64,000 nt of DNA. Source: Candidatus Micrarchaeota archaeon (GTDB taxonomy: Archaea > Micrarchaeota > Micrarchaeia > Norongarragalinales > Norongarragalinaceae). The notes below the pieces were generated by a model, which was not told the DNA's origin, did not search any database, and worked only from the letters and a program-made list of their open reading frames with translations. The stretch's first letter is position 1. Each line of letters opens with the position of its first letter. Shown in pieces: positions 27,967 to 37,659 of the stretch. Made by a program: the position numbers and the translations under genes. The stretch lies in NCBI GenBank assembly GCA_016207165.1, contig JACQQD010000005.1, positions 128,001 through 192,000 of the forward strand, in the 5' to 3' direction.

Positions 27967-28395
27967 ATGGCTCGAGGAGAATTCGCTTCAAGAAAACTCA
28001 AGAAAGACCGCAAACGCCACCGACGGCTTGAAAAAGCGTGGAAGCGGCGCGCGTACGGCATCAAGGACCGCTACGACCCGTTGGAAGGCGCGCCCCAAGC
28101 CAGGGGCTTGGTCATCAAAAAGGAAGGCAAGGAACAGAAACAGCCTCACTCCGGCATCGTCAAGTGCGTTCGCGTGCAGCTCGCCAAAAACGGCCGGAAA
28201 GTCTCGGCGCACGTGCCCCGCGACAAGGCCATCACCAAGATTGACGAGCACGACGAAGTCGTCATCGAAGGACTTGGGGGAAGCCAGCGCGGCCAAATGG
28301 GTTCGATTCCCGGCGTGCGTTTCCGCGTCGTGTCGGTCAACGGCGTGTCGCTGGAAGAACTGCGTACTGGCCGAAAGGAGAAGCCGAAGAGGTAG
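27967..28395 (+). CDS. rps12: 30S ribosomal protein S12 (uS12)
   Basis: PLEGAPQARG, KQPHSG, KCVRVQL, IPGVRF. Confidence 0.95.
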   Translation: MARGEFASRKLKKDRKRHRRLEKAWKRRAYGIKDRYDPLEGAPQARGLVIKKEGKEQKQPHSGIVKCVRVQLAKNGRKVSAHVPRDKAITKIDEHDEVVIEGLGGSQRGQMGSIPGVRFRVVSVNGVSLEELRTGRKEKPKR

Positions 28396-28401
28396 ACGTT
28401 C

Positions 28402-29007
28402 ATGGAATTGAAATTGTTCGGAAAATACGCGTACGACGGCGTGACGGTGAAAGACCGAAGCATGCAGCGCTATTTGAGCCTCAAGCCCGTGGTTTTGCCG
28501 CATACGTTTGCAAGGCACGCCAACCAGCCGTTCGCCAAGGCGCAAGTCAACATCGTCGAACGCTTGGCCAACAAGCTCATGCGCGGCGGAACCGGCGAAA
28601 AGATTTCCGGCAAGATTATCCGCACGCACGGAAAACTCCAAGGCAAGAAAACCAAGGTCATCAAGGCCATTGAAACCGCGTTTGACGCCATCGCCAAGAA
28701 AACCGGCAAGAACCCCATCCAAGTCTTGGTGGACGCATTGGAAAACGTCGCGCCCCGGGAAGACATCACCCGCGTGCGCTTCGGCGGCGTGGCCTACCAA
28801 GTGGCTGTCGACATTTCCGCGCAACGCCGCCTGGATTTGGCTCTGCACAATTTGGCCATTGCCGCGGTCTTGGCTTCGTTTGACAAAAAAGACACGTTGA
28901 GCGACGCGTTGACCAACGAAATCATTCTGGCTTCGCAGAACAACCCCGACAGCTACTCCGTCAAGCGCAAAAACGAAATCGAGCGCATGGCGCGCAGTGC
29001 CAGGTAG
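28402..29007 (+). CDS. rps7: 30S ribosomal protein S7 (uS7)
   Basis: IVERLANKLM, NPIQVL, APRED, ERMARSAR. Confidence 0.96.
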   Translation: MELKLFGKYAYDGVTVKDRSMQRYLSLKPVVLPHTFARHANQPFAKAQVNIVERLANKLMRGGTGEKISGKIIRTHGKLQGKKTKVIKAIETAFDAIAKKTGKNPIQVLVDALENVAPREDITRVRFGGVAYQVAVDISAQRRLDLALHNLAIAAVLASFDKKDTLSDALTNEIILASQNNPDSYSVKRKNEIERMARSAR

Positions 29008-29014
29008 TCAAGCC

Positions 29015-29209
29015 ATGCCTAAGAAACGCCTTCACCTCTCCTCCACGGACAAGACGTTTCTTGGAGTGTGCGGTGGCCTGGCCGAATACTTGAATGCAGA
29101 TCCCACCGTCGTCCGGCTGGTCTGGGTTATCGTGACGTTGTTTACCGGCATCGTGCCCGGCATCCTGGCGTACTTTTTGGCTTGGGCCGTGATGCCTAAG
29201 AAGGGTTGA
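29015..29209 (+). CDS. PspC-domain membrane protein
   Basis: DKTFLGVCGGLAEYLNADPTVVRL...YFLAWAVMP. Confidence 0.88.
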   Translation: MPKKRLHLSSTDKTFLGVCGGLAEYLNADPTVVRLVWVIVTLFTGIVPGILAYFLAWAVMPKKG

Positions 29210-29218
29210 TGGGTATAT

Positions 29219-31408
29219 ATGGCTCGGAAAGAAGTCGTCGTGGAAGAAGTCGCCCGTCTCATGAGCAACCCCAAGAACATCCGCAACATGGGCATCGTGG
29301 CGCACGTGGACCACGGCAAGACGACTTTAAGCGATTCGTTGGTTGCGCGGGCAGGACTGATTTCCAAGGAATTGGCTGGCGAGCAGCGCGTGCTGGATTT
29401 TGATCCCCAGGAACAAGCCCGCGGCATCACGATTAAGGCCGCCAACATTTCCCTGGGGTTCACCCACGTCGACGGCCAGGAATACTTGATCAACCTCATC
29501 GACACCCCGGGCCACGTGGATTTCGGCGGCCACGTCACGCGCGCCATGCGGGCCGTGGACGGAGCGGTGGTCGTTGTCGACTCCGTGGAAGGCATCATGC
29601 CGCAAACCGAGACGGTACTGCGCCAAGCGCTGAAAGAAAAAGTGCGGCCCGTTTTGTTCATCAACAAGATTGACCGCCTCATGAACGAACTCAAGCTGGA
29701 TGCCAAAGGCATGCAAGACAAGTTTTTGAAAGTCATGATGGGCGTCAACAAGCTCATCGAACAGTACGGCCCCGAGGAATTCAAGAAGGACTGGATGATT
29801 GAAGTCCAGAAAGGAAACGTGGCGTTCGGCTCCGGTTTTCACAAGTGGGCCCTCTCCGCGGGCACCATGAAGAAATTCGGCATCAGCTTTAAAGACATGT
29901 ACGACTTGTGCGTCGCCGAAAACCACAAGGAACTCCAAACCAAGGCGCCCTTGGACGAAGTCATTTTGGGCATGGTCGTGGAACATCTTCCCTCCCCTGA
30001 CCAAGCGCAAAAATACCGCATTCCCGTCATCTGGCACGGCGACAAAGAAAGCGTTCACGGCAAAGCCATGCTGACGTGTGACCCGCAGGGCCCAGCCACG
30101 TTCATGATTACCGCCATCCAAGTGGACCCGCACGCCGGCGACGTCGCCGTGGGCCGCATCTACTCCGGCAAGCTCAAGAAAGGCTCGGAACTGTATTTGG
30201 CCTCCCAGTTCAAGTCGGAAAAAATCCAGGGCGTCGCCATCTACATGGGTCCCGACCGCGTGCTGGTCAATGAAGCCATGCCCGGAAACATCGTGGCCCT
30301 GGTCGGCCTCAAGGAGCAATACGCCGGTGAAACCCTTTCCGAAGGCGAGATGACGGCATTCGAGCAAATCAAGCACCATTCTGAGCCGGTGGTCACCAAG
30401 AGCATCGAAGCCAAGAACCCCCGAGACTTGGCCAAACTCGTCGACGTGTTGCGCAAAATCGGTAAAGAGGATCCCACCCTTCGGGTGGAAATCAACCACG
30501 AGACCGGCGAGCACCTCATGTCCGGCATGGGCGAATTGCATTTGGAAATCATCGAGTACAAGATCAAAAACGAGCGGGGCGTCGACATCACCACCTCGCC
30601 GCCCATCGTCGTGTACCACGAGACGATTGTCAGCGAAGGGCCGGAACTGGAAGGAAAATCGCCCAACAAGCACAACAAGTTCAAGTTGTACGTACAGCCC
30701 CTGGAGAAAAGCGTCCAGGAGGCCTTCGTGGAAGGCAAGATCACCGCCTCCATGAAAGGAAAGGACTTGGCGGACCGCCTCATCGAAGCCGGCCTTCCCC
30801 GCGACGAAGCCAAAAAGGTGCTGAAGATCTCCGGCGAAAACATTTTCATCGACGCCACCAAAGGCGTCCAGTACCTCCAGGACATCCGCGAACTCGTGGT
30901 GGAAGCCTTCGAGCAAGCCATGAAAAGCGGCCCGCTGGCCAAGGAAAATTGCGTCGGCGTCAAGGTATTGTTGACGGACGCCAACATCCACGTCGACCCC
31001 GCCCACCGCGGACCCGCGCAAATCATTCCCGCCATCCGCCGGCCGATTTACGCCTCCATGCTGCACGCCGGCTGCGTCCTACAGGAACCCAAGCAGAAGC
31101 TCTTCGTCAGTACTCCGACCGATTACATGAGCGGCATCATCAACTTGATTCAAGGCCGCCGAGGCCAAGTGTTGAACATGACTCAAGAGGGAGAAGCCAT
31201 GCAGATCGACTCGAAAGTGCCTGTTTCAGCCATGTTCGGCTTCGCCTCCGAAATCCGGGGCGCCTCCCAAGGCCGGGCCGCGTGGTACTACGAGTACGCG
31301 GGCTACGAGCAGTTGCCCAAGTCGCTTCAAAACCAAGTCATCACGGAAATCAGGAAGCGCAAGGGCGAGCCGGAGACGCCGCCGACGGCCAGAGACTTCG
31401 TGGACTGA
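29219..31408 (+). CDS. fusA: Elongation factor 2
   Basis: AHVDHGKTT, RGITI, DTPGH, NKID, diphthamide loop AHRGPAQ. Confidence 0.97.
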   Translation: MARKEVVVEEVARLMSNPKNIRNMGIVAHVDHGKTTLSDSLVARAGLISKELAGEQRVLDFDPQEQARGITIKAANISLGFTHVDGQEYLINLIDTPGHVDFGGHVTRAMRAVDGAVVVVDSVEGIMPQTETVLRQALKEKVRPVLFINKIDRLMNELKLDAKGMQDKFLKVMMGVNKLIEQYGPEEFKKDWMIEVQKGNVAFGSGFHKWALSAGTMKKFGISFKDMYDLCVAENHKELQTKAPLDEVILGMVVEHLPSPDQAQKYRIPVIWHGDKESVHGKAMLTCDPQGPATFMITAIQVDPHAGDVAVGRIYSGKLKKGSELYLASQFKSEKIQGVAIYMGPDRVLVNEAMPGNIVALVGLKEQYAGETLSEGEMTAFEQIKHHSEPVVTKSIEAKNPRDLAKLVDVLRKIGKEDPTLRVEINHETGEHLMSGMGELHLEIIEYKIKNERGVDITTSPPIVVYHETIVSEGPELEGKSPNKHNKFKLYVQPLEKSVQEAFVEGKITASMKGKDLADRLIEAGLPRDEAKKVLKISGENIFIDATKGVQYLQDIRELVVEAFEQAMKSGPLAKENCVGVKVLLTDANIHVDPAHRGPAQIIPAIRRPIYASMLHAGCVLQEPKQKLFVSTPTDYMSGIINLIQGRRGQVLNMTQEGEAMQIDSKVPVSAMFGFASEIRGASQGRAAWYYEYAGYEQLPKSLQNQVITEIRKRKGEPETPPTARDFVD

Positions 31409-31469
31409 AAAGGGTTTTTTCCTTTTCGGTTTCTTTTTTTCAATTCGTCCTGTGCAACGCCTTTGCCGC

Positions 31470-32333
31470 TTAAAACCCGCGGGTTCTCACTTCCGAGGCA
31501 ATGACTCCCAGTTCCCAAGACGGCCCAAAACTGCACATGACGTCCCGCGCTTTTTCTCCTCGGTCGCGCGCAATGAGGTGGATGCCGCTTTCGCTGCGGA
31601 ACAACTCGCGGGCGTCGTCGTCTTCCAAGTCAACGCGTTGGCCTTGGGGAATGCCGAAGCGCGCGTCCGGCAAAAACCAGCGGTTTTCCGGCGGAACATT
31701 TTTTCCAGGGTTGTCCAAACCCAGGGACGGAAAATCGTAGACGCACTTGACGTTCGTTTCGTCGGATACCGCGACGTAGACGGTGTTGCCGCGGCCGGAA
31801 GCCATTGCGAAAAAAGGTTTTCCTTGTTCGTCAAAGCCGTGTTCCAACACGAGTACGGCATTTCGTTCGTTGCGGAATGCTTCAGGCACAGGGAACTTGT
31901 ACGTCGTGCCGGTCTCCGGGTCTTTGAAGGCCACGAAGCGTCCGCCTTCTTTCTTGTTGGCTTCCACGAACGATTTTCCGGGCTTGACGTACGCCACCAG
32001 CGTTCCGGTCCACACCGGAAACACGTTCTTGAGGGGATCCTGCGTGGCCGTGTCCGAACTCAACACGTGCCGGGGTTTGTCGCGTTTGGGCGGGTACTGC
32101 CACAAGTCCTCCAACAATTCGTCGACGTGCTTGTTGGAAAAAAGCGTGTACCCCATTTGGTTGGCCCTGAACAGGGCTTCTTCCATGGATAGCCTCTTTT
32201 GGCGCGCCATGGCGAACACCGTCGGCTCAAGTGCAGGCTTTTTTGGCGTTTCGCCGAGGACCTCTTTTTTGAACCAATCCGCGATTTTTTCCATGGCCTG
32301 CTTTTCCCAACGAATTTCCATGACGCCCTGCAC
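31470..32333 (-). CDS. Hypothetical protein
   Basis: 287-aa ORF with WTGTLVAY and DPETG-Y-FPVP motifs; start uncertain. Confidence 0.7.
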   Translation of the reverse strand: MQGVMEIRWEKQAMEKIADWFKKEVLGETPKKPALEPTVFAMARQKRLSMEEALFRANQMGYTLFSNKHVDELLEDLWQYPPKRDKPRHVLSSDTATQDPLKNVFPVWTGTLVAYVKPGKSFVEANKKEGGRFVAFKDPETGTTYKFPVPEAFRNERNAVLVLEHGFDEQGKPFFAMASGRGNTVYVAVSDETNVKCVYDFPSLGLDNPGKNVPPENRWFLPDARFGIPQGQRVDLEDDDARELFRSESGIHLIARDRGEKARDVMCSFGPSWELGVIASEVRTRGF

Positions 32334-32390
32334 CTACTTAAGCCCGCGTTTGCGAAGGCTTTAAACGAAGTTTCGCCGTTGTCTTTCCGT

Positions 32391-33086
32391 ATGGACCATC
32401 TTGCTTCCTCCATCCGCGGCAAACTTTCAGACCTCGGCTTGTTCCGATCCCCCAATTCCAGCAATCCAGCGCGCGGCGGCACGCTGGCGCTTCTTTCCAA
32501 GCATCACTTGGCCATCCAGGAAGCCGGTGGCCCCTTTCAGTTGAACAACGACTTGCGCCGCAACTTGCGGGACCGCGGCGTGGTACTCACTGAAGAAAGC
32601 GGTCAGACTTACTTGTACTTGCACGGGCTATCCCTCTTGAAGGGAGCGTCTTTCAAGGAGGCGAGAACCGATTTTCTTTCAAACGCGTTGAGGCTGAAGG
32701 AACTGTTGGCCGCGTCCGGCCTAGAAGCGCACGTGCACGCGTCGACGTACCGCACCACGGAAGAAAACGAGTTGTCCTCGTTGATGGGACGCCACTTCGA
32801 CGGCTTCTGGAAGGCGTTGACCCGGTACGCCCGCCATTTCACCGGAGTGCACTCTCTGGTCTTGCGCGTCCAAGTCCCCTCCGAATCGGCCCCGGCCTTA
32901 GAGCAGGCCCTCCGAAGCTGGAGGGACACCGCGTCGCTTAAAAACCGTCAACGCGACCTGGGCCTCCACACGCTCTTGTCGTGCCTGGTTTCCACGCCCA
33001 CGCGTGTGTCCGAGCGCCGCGGAGACGTTCACGTGCAAGTCACGCCGCGCCGGAGGCGTTTTCGGCGAAGGGGCGCGTCCGCCTAG
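32391..33086 (+). CDS. Hypothetical protein
   Basis: ORF from MDHLASS with a TTTAAA box ~25 bp upstream. Confidence 0.55.
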   Translation: MDHLASSIRGKLSDLGLFRSPNSSNPARGGTLALLSKHHLAIQEAGGPFQLNNDLRRNLRDRGVVLTEESGQTYLYLHGLSLLKGASFKEARTDFLSNALRLKELLAASGLEAHVHASTYRTTEENELSSLMGRHFDGFWKALTRYARHFTGVHSLVLRVQVPSESAPALEQALRSWRDTASLKNRQRDLGLHTLLSCLVSTPTRVSERRGDVHVQVTPRRRRFRRRGASA

Positions 33087-33230
33087 GAAAACCTTTAAAA
33101 GAGGTTGAAACACCACTTTAGATACGTCAGCTGACAGGCTTACCATGGCTGCTTTTGCGTGGATTTGAACCGCTTTTCAGGCGCTTAATTCCGCGGTTGG
33201 AAACAATTTGTTTAAATGGAGGAATGAAGA

Positions 33231-34502
33231 ATGGCTGCGAAACCACACTTGAACTTGATTTTTGCGGGTCACGTCGACCACGGCAAATCCACGCTGGTCG
33301 GCCGCGTGCTTTACGACACCGGCGCGTTAAGCGAAAACGACTTGCGCAAGCTCAAGGAAGAGGCGGCCAAAGTCGGCAAACAAACGTTTGAATTCGCGTT
33401 CGCCATGGACTCCCTGAAAGAGGAACGCGAGCGCGGCGTGACCATCGACATTGCGCACAAGGACTTCAACACGCAGAAGTATTACTTCACCATCATTGAC
33501 GCGCCCGGCCACAAAGACTTCGTCAAGAACATGATTACCGGCGCGTCGCAGGCCGACGCCGCCGTTTTGGTTTGTAGCGCAAAAGAAGGCGTGCAGGCGC
33601 AGACCATCGAGCACGCCTTTTTGTTGAAAGTGTTGGGCGTGGGACAGTTCATCGTCGCCATCAACAAGATGGATTCCGTGAACTACGACCAAGCCAAATA
33701 CAAGGAAACCGTGGACGCGCTGACGGCCAAAATCAAGCCCATGGGTTACCCCGTGGACAAAATCTCGTTCATCCCCACGTCGGCGTACATGGGCGACAAC
33801 ATCGCCAAGAAATCCGCCAAGACGCCGTGGTACAACGGCCCCTGCCTCGTGGAGGCCTTTGACAACCTCATTGAACCCAAAAAGCCGTTGGACAAGCCGC
33901 TGCGCTTGCCCATCCAGGAAGTCTTCACCATCACGGGCCAGGGAACGGTTCCGGTGGGCCGCGTGGAAGCCGGCGTCATGAAGCCGGGCCAAGCCATCAT
34001 CATCATGCCGGAAGGCGTGGCGGGCGAAGTCAAGAGCATTGAAATGCACCACCAGCAACTCGCTGAGGCTGTACCCGGTGACAACGTCGGCTTTGCGCTT
34101 AAAAACGTGGACAAGAAAGCCATCAAGCGGGGAAGCGTGGTCGGCGACCCCGCCAAGCCGCCGACGGTGGCCGAGGAATTCAAGGCCCAAATCGTTGTGC
34201 TGAACCACCCCACCGCCATCGGCAAAAACTACACGCCCGTCTTCCACTTGCACACCGCCCAGTTGGCGTGCACGATCACGGAAATTTTGGAAAAGAAGGA
34301 CCCCAAGACGGGCCAGACGGCGCAAGCCAACCCCGACTTTTTGAAGACCGGTGACGTGGCGATCGTCAAGATCAAGCCGACCCGTCCTGTTGTCGCGGAG
34401 AAATACCAGGACTTTCCGGCGTTGGGCCGGTTTGCCATGCGCGACATGGGCCAGACGGTGGCCGCCGGCGTGATTTTGGAAGTCACGCCGCGCAAGGCTT
34501 AA
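33231..34502 (+). CDS. tuf: Elongation factor 1-alpha
   Basis: [37 protein letters not shown]. Confidence 0.97.
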   Translation: MAAKPHLNLIFAGHVDHGKSTLVGRVLYDTGALSENDLRKLKEEAAKVGKQTFEFAFAMDSLKEERERGVTIDIAHKDFNTQKYYFTIIDAPGHKDFVKNMITGASQADAAVLVCSAKEGVQAQTIEHAFLLKVLGVGQFIVAINKMDSVNYDQAKYKETVDALTAKIKPMGYPVDKISFIPTSAYMGDNIAKKSAKTPWYNGPCLVEAFDNLIEPKKPLDKPLRLPIQEVFTITGQGTVPVGRVEAGVMKPGQAIIIMPEGVAGEVKSIEMHHQQLAEAVPGDNVGFALKNVDKKAIKRGSVVGDPAKPPTVAEEFKAQIVVLNHPTAIGKNYTPVFHLHTAQLACTITEILEKKDPKTGQTAQANPDFLKTGDVAIVKIKPTRPVVAEKYQDFPALGRFAMRDMGQTVAAGVILEVTPRKA

Positions 34503-34569
34503 AAGCGGTTGACGGCACTCTAGGGGATACTCCCCATTTACATTTTATTTTTTCAAAGGGTTTTTTTTC

Positions 34570-34875
34570 ATGACGAAGGCGCGCATCAAGCTGGAAAGCA
34601 AGGACGTCAAGGAGCTAGACGAAGTCTGCGTCAGCATCAAGGACATTTCCAGCAAGGCGGGACTTCCCATGAAGGGACCCGTTCCGTTACCGACCAAGAG
34701 GCTCCGCATTTCCACGCGGAAAACCCCGTGCGGCGACGGAACGGACACGTACGAAAAATGGGAGTTGCGCGTCCACAAGCGCTTGATTGAAGTGGACGCC
34801 AACGACCGCGTCCTAAGAGAAATCATGCGCATCAAAATCCCTTCTTCAGTCAACGTCGAAATGACGTTGGGCTGA
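34570..34875 (+). CDS. rps10: 30S ribosomal protein S10 (uS10)
   Basis: GPVPLPTK, RKTPCGDG, VHKRLI. Confidence 0.96.
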   Translation: MTKARIKLESKDVKELDEVCVSIKDISSKAGLPMKGPVPLPTKRLRISTRKTPCGDGTDTYEKWELRVHKRLIEVDANDRVLREIMRIKIPSSVNVEMTLG

Positions 34876-34913
34876 TTTTTTCACTTCGCAAGAAAGCAAG
34901 CAAACTCGTTTTA

Positions 34914-34988
34914 TAGCAAACCCCGCAAATTTCACGACGAATAGGCGGGGTTTGCTAGACAGTAAACCACGATTTCGTGGTTCACTGT
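34914..34988. repeat. Two adjacent inverted repeats between convergent genes
   Basis: Perfect 13-bp tagcaaaccccgc/gcggggtttgcta, then acagtaaaccacga-tt-tcgtggttcactgt. Confidence 0.75.
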
Positions 34989-34990
34989 AT

Positions 34991-35938
34991 CTAACTGCTT
35001 CCGTTCCGCTTTTTCCTCTCGCGCGTCAATTTTTTGAATGTTCCTTCGGTCACGGGGACGTCGGGAACAGGAGGCTTCTTTGAGGCGTCACTCATTTTCC
35101 TCCGTGGCAGCCGGGGCAGTTTGAACAGTCCGGCGGCGTTTTGTATGACGACGTCGCTTTCGTGTTCGGATATCTTTCCCGAAAGAAGCACTTTGACCCC
35201 CCGTCGGTATTCCTCCTGCTCGGTTTTCGTTTTTTGTACGTACCTTTCAGGTTCCCGGTGCACGAGGTAATGGTGGATGAATGCATCCAGTTCCTCGGGC
35301 CTTCGAATCATTTCCTCATGATGGGCGTCTCCGATGAACGCAAGCAAGTCATACAGCGAGGCTTGGTGACTCAATTCGCGACGGCTCCTCGTGCTCTTGG
35401 CTACATCCATGAAGATCAATGGATCGTTGGGCTGGTCCTGCGTGTACAATATGTTCTTGAGTTTCAAGTCATTGTGCGCCACGCTCTGTCGGTGAAGCAA
35501 GCCAATGCCCCGCGCGCACTCGCGCAACAATTTCAAGCGTTCCCCATTTCCCAAGGATCTAAAGTTGATGTTCTTCAATGGAATGGCGTTGTCCTCAAAC
35601 AAGGTATACAAGTGGCCTGTGCCGTCCCCGTGGTCCACGTACCCCACCGGCGTCACGGAACGGACGCCCTCTAAGTCCTCATACATCCTATAGTTTCCAA
35701 ATTCACGCCGCACGGAAGCCTCGGTTCCCGACTTGACGACGATCTGCGTCGGCGTCTCCTGGCTTCGTCGTTCATCGGGGTTATTCACCGTGGTACGCAG
35801 TACTTCGGCATTGCTTTTCCCCGCCAATCGGATTTCCTCCCGTTGGCGGTCCCAAGCCTGTCGCATCAAGTTCTCGTATTCGGGACGGTAGTATAGAATC
35901 CATTTTCCCCCTTTGACGCAACGCACTCGTTCTGTCAT
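34991..35938 (-). CDS. Protein-kinase-like fold protein (Kdo/RIO-like)
   Basis: IVVK, E helix, LH...HNDLKLKNIL, FMD motifs. Confidence 0.7.
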   Translation of the reverse strand: MTERVRCVKGGKWILYYRPEYENLMRQAWDRQREEIRLAGKSNAEVLRTTVNNPDERRSQETPTQIVVKSGTEASVRREFGNYRMYEDLEGVRSVTPVGYVDHGDGTGHLYTLFEDNAIPLKNINFRSLGNGERLKLLRECARGIGLLHRQSVAHNDLKLKNILYTQDQPNDPLIFMDVAKSTRSRRELSHQASLYDLLAFIGDAHHEEMIRRPEELDAFIHHYLVHREPERYVQKTKTEQEEYRRGVKVLLSGKISEHESDVVIQNAAGLFKLPRLPRRKMSDASKKPPVPDVPVTEGTFKKLTRERKKRNGSS

Positions 35939-35989
35939 GATCCAGTGCTCTTTAGTCGCTTGGCTTAATATTGCCGCAGGTATTCCCGG

Positions 35990-36757
35990 TCACCAAAGCG
36001 GTAGCGCGTCACGTGTTTCCCGGACTTTCTTTAACTCAATGTCGGCGTAGCCGATGCCCTCGGATTTTCCGTCCAACTCCACCAATGCCGTGCCCCACGG
36101 GTCAATGACGGCCGAGAATCCCGCCATCGCCATGTCGTCTGTTCCAACTCGGTCGCATCCAACGGCAAAGCACTGGTTTTCAATTGCCCTTGCCCGAAGT
36201 AGGGCCCTCCAGTGCTCGGCCCGCGGCTTTCCCCACGCCGTCGGGTAAAAAAGAATTTCCGCGCCCTTTTCCGCCAAGTCCCGCGCTTGGTTGGGGTACC
36301 GCAAGTCAAAGCATATCTGCAAGCCGAATCGGCCGTACTTGGTCCGGATCACGTCCGCCCCGTCGCCCTTCAAGAACACGTCGTTTTCATCCACGGGCTT
36401 TCCGGGAAACAACTGGTTCTTGCGGTACTTTCCTGGAACCCGCCCGTTTTCGTCGACCACGTACGCGGAGTTATAGATGCCTTCCGGGGTTTTCTCGGGC
36501 AGTCCCGCCACAATGACTACGTCCAAGGCTTTCGCGGTCTCCTGCAAGGCGTTCAGGGGTTCGTCGGACACCTTGGACTTTAGATCCCGCAAATAGTACC
36601 CGGTGGAGAAAAGTTCCGGCAAACACGCCACGTGGGCCCCGTTTTCCGCGGCTTGCTGGACTCTTTTCAAGCCCTTTTCCACGTTCTTGGCGACTTCGGC
36701 AACGCAATGCATTTGGATGACGGCGACTTTGAAGTTTACTTGACCCACGTCAGCCAC
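35990..36757 (-). CDS. Carbon-nitrogen hydrolase (nitrilase/omega-amidase family)
   Basis: LPELF, YRK, ICFDLRYP, ARAIENQ. Confidence 0.9.
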   Translation of the reverse strand: MADVGQVNFKVAVIQMHCVAEVAKNVEKGLKRVQQAAENGAHVACLPELFSTGYYLRDLKSKVSDEPLNALQETAKALDVVIVAGLPEKTPEGIYNSAYVVDENGRVPGKYRKNQLFPGKPVDENDVFLKGDGADVIRTKYGRFGLQICFDLRYPNQARDLAEKGAEILFYPTAWGKPRAEHWRALLRARAIENQCFAVGCDRVGTDDMAMAGFSAVIDPWGTALVELDGKSEGIGYADIELKKVRETRDALPLW

Positions 36758-37653
36758 GACTCGTACTTCTTGGTTTTGCCGCGCACCGCGTCGGCGTACG
36801 CGGACTGGATTTTTCCGGTGACGGGCCCGCGTTTCCCGGAGCCGATGTTTCGCCCGTCAATTTCGCGGACTCCCACGACTTCCGCGGCCGTTCCCGTGAA
36901 GAACACTTCTTCCGCGCCATACAGTTGGTCGCGCGTCACGTGTTCTTCCCGGACTTCAAATCCCAAGTCCCGGGCCACCGTGATGACGGATTCGCGCGTG
37001 ATGCCTTCTAGAATGGTTTCCTTGGGCGGCGTGTACACGATTTGGTTTTGGACTAAAAAAATGTTTTCCCCGGATCCCTCCGATACGCGGCCCAACGCAT
37101 CCAGCATGATGGCTTCCTCGCATCCGGCGTCCTCGGCTTCCTGCTTGGCCAAAATCGAGTTGACGTAGTTGCCCGCGATTTTCGCCTTGGTCATGACGGA
37201 GTTTTGGTGCGGGCGAATGAACGACGAAACTTTGGCTTTCACTCCCTTTTTCACGCTTTCCTGACCCAAGTAGTCCTTCCACGCCCACACAGCGACAATC
37301 ACGTGCACCGGCGTTTTTCGGTGAGTCAAGTTGAATCCGCCTTCGCCCCCGAAAATCAGCGGTCTGACGTAACACTCCTTCAATTCGTTGTCCTTGACCG
37401 TTTCAAGCACCGCGCCGCACATTTGCTTGACGGAGTACGGCATGTTCATGCCGAAAATGCGGATGGATTGGTCAAACCGCTGCATGTGGTCTTCCAAGCG
37501 GAAAACCGCGGACCCGTTCGGGGTGTCGTAGCACCGGACGCCTTCAAAAACAGCGGAACCGTAGTGCAATCCTTGGACCAAGACGTGCGTGGTCGCCTTT
37601 CCCCATTCAACGAGTTTCCCGTCCATCCAAATGCTCTTGGTTTTCTCAGGCAT
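36736..37653 (-). CDS. ilvE: Branched-chain amino acid aminotransferase
   Basis: LHYG..VFEG, KIAGNY, EGSGEN, LEGITR, GTAAE. Confidence 0.95.
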   Translation of the reverse strand: MPEKTKSIWMDGKLVEWGKATTHVLVQGLHYGSAVFEGVRCYDTPNGSAVFRLEDHMQRFDQSIRIFGMNMPYSVKQMCGAVLETVKDNELKECYVRPLIFGGEGGFNLTHRKTPVHVIVAVWAWKDYLGQESVKKGVKAKVSSFIRPHQNSVMTKAKIAGNYVNSILAKQEAEDAGCEEAIMLDALGRVSEGSGENIFLVQNQIVYTPPKETILEGITRESVITVARDLGFEVREEHVTRDQLYGAEEVFFTGTAAEVVGVREIDGRNIGSGKRGPVTGKIQSAYADAVRGKTKKYESWLTWVK

Positions 37654-37659
37654 ACCGCT

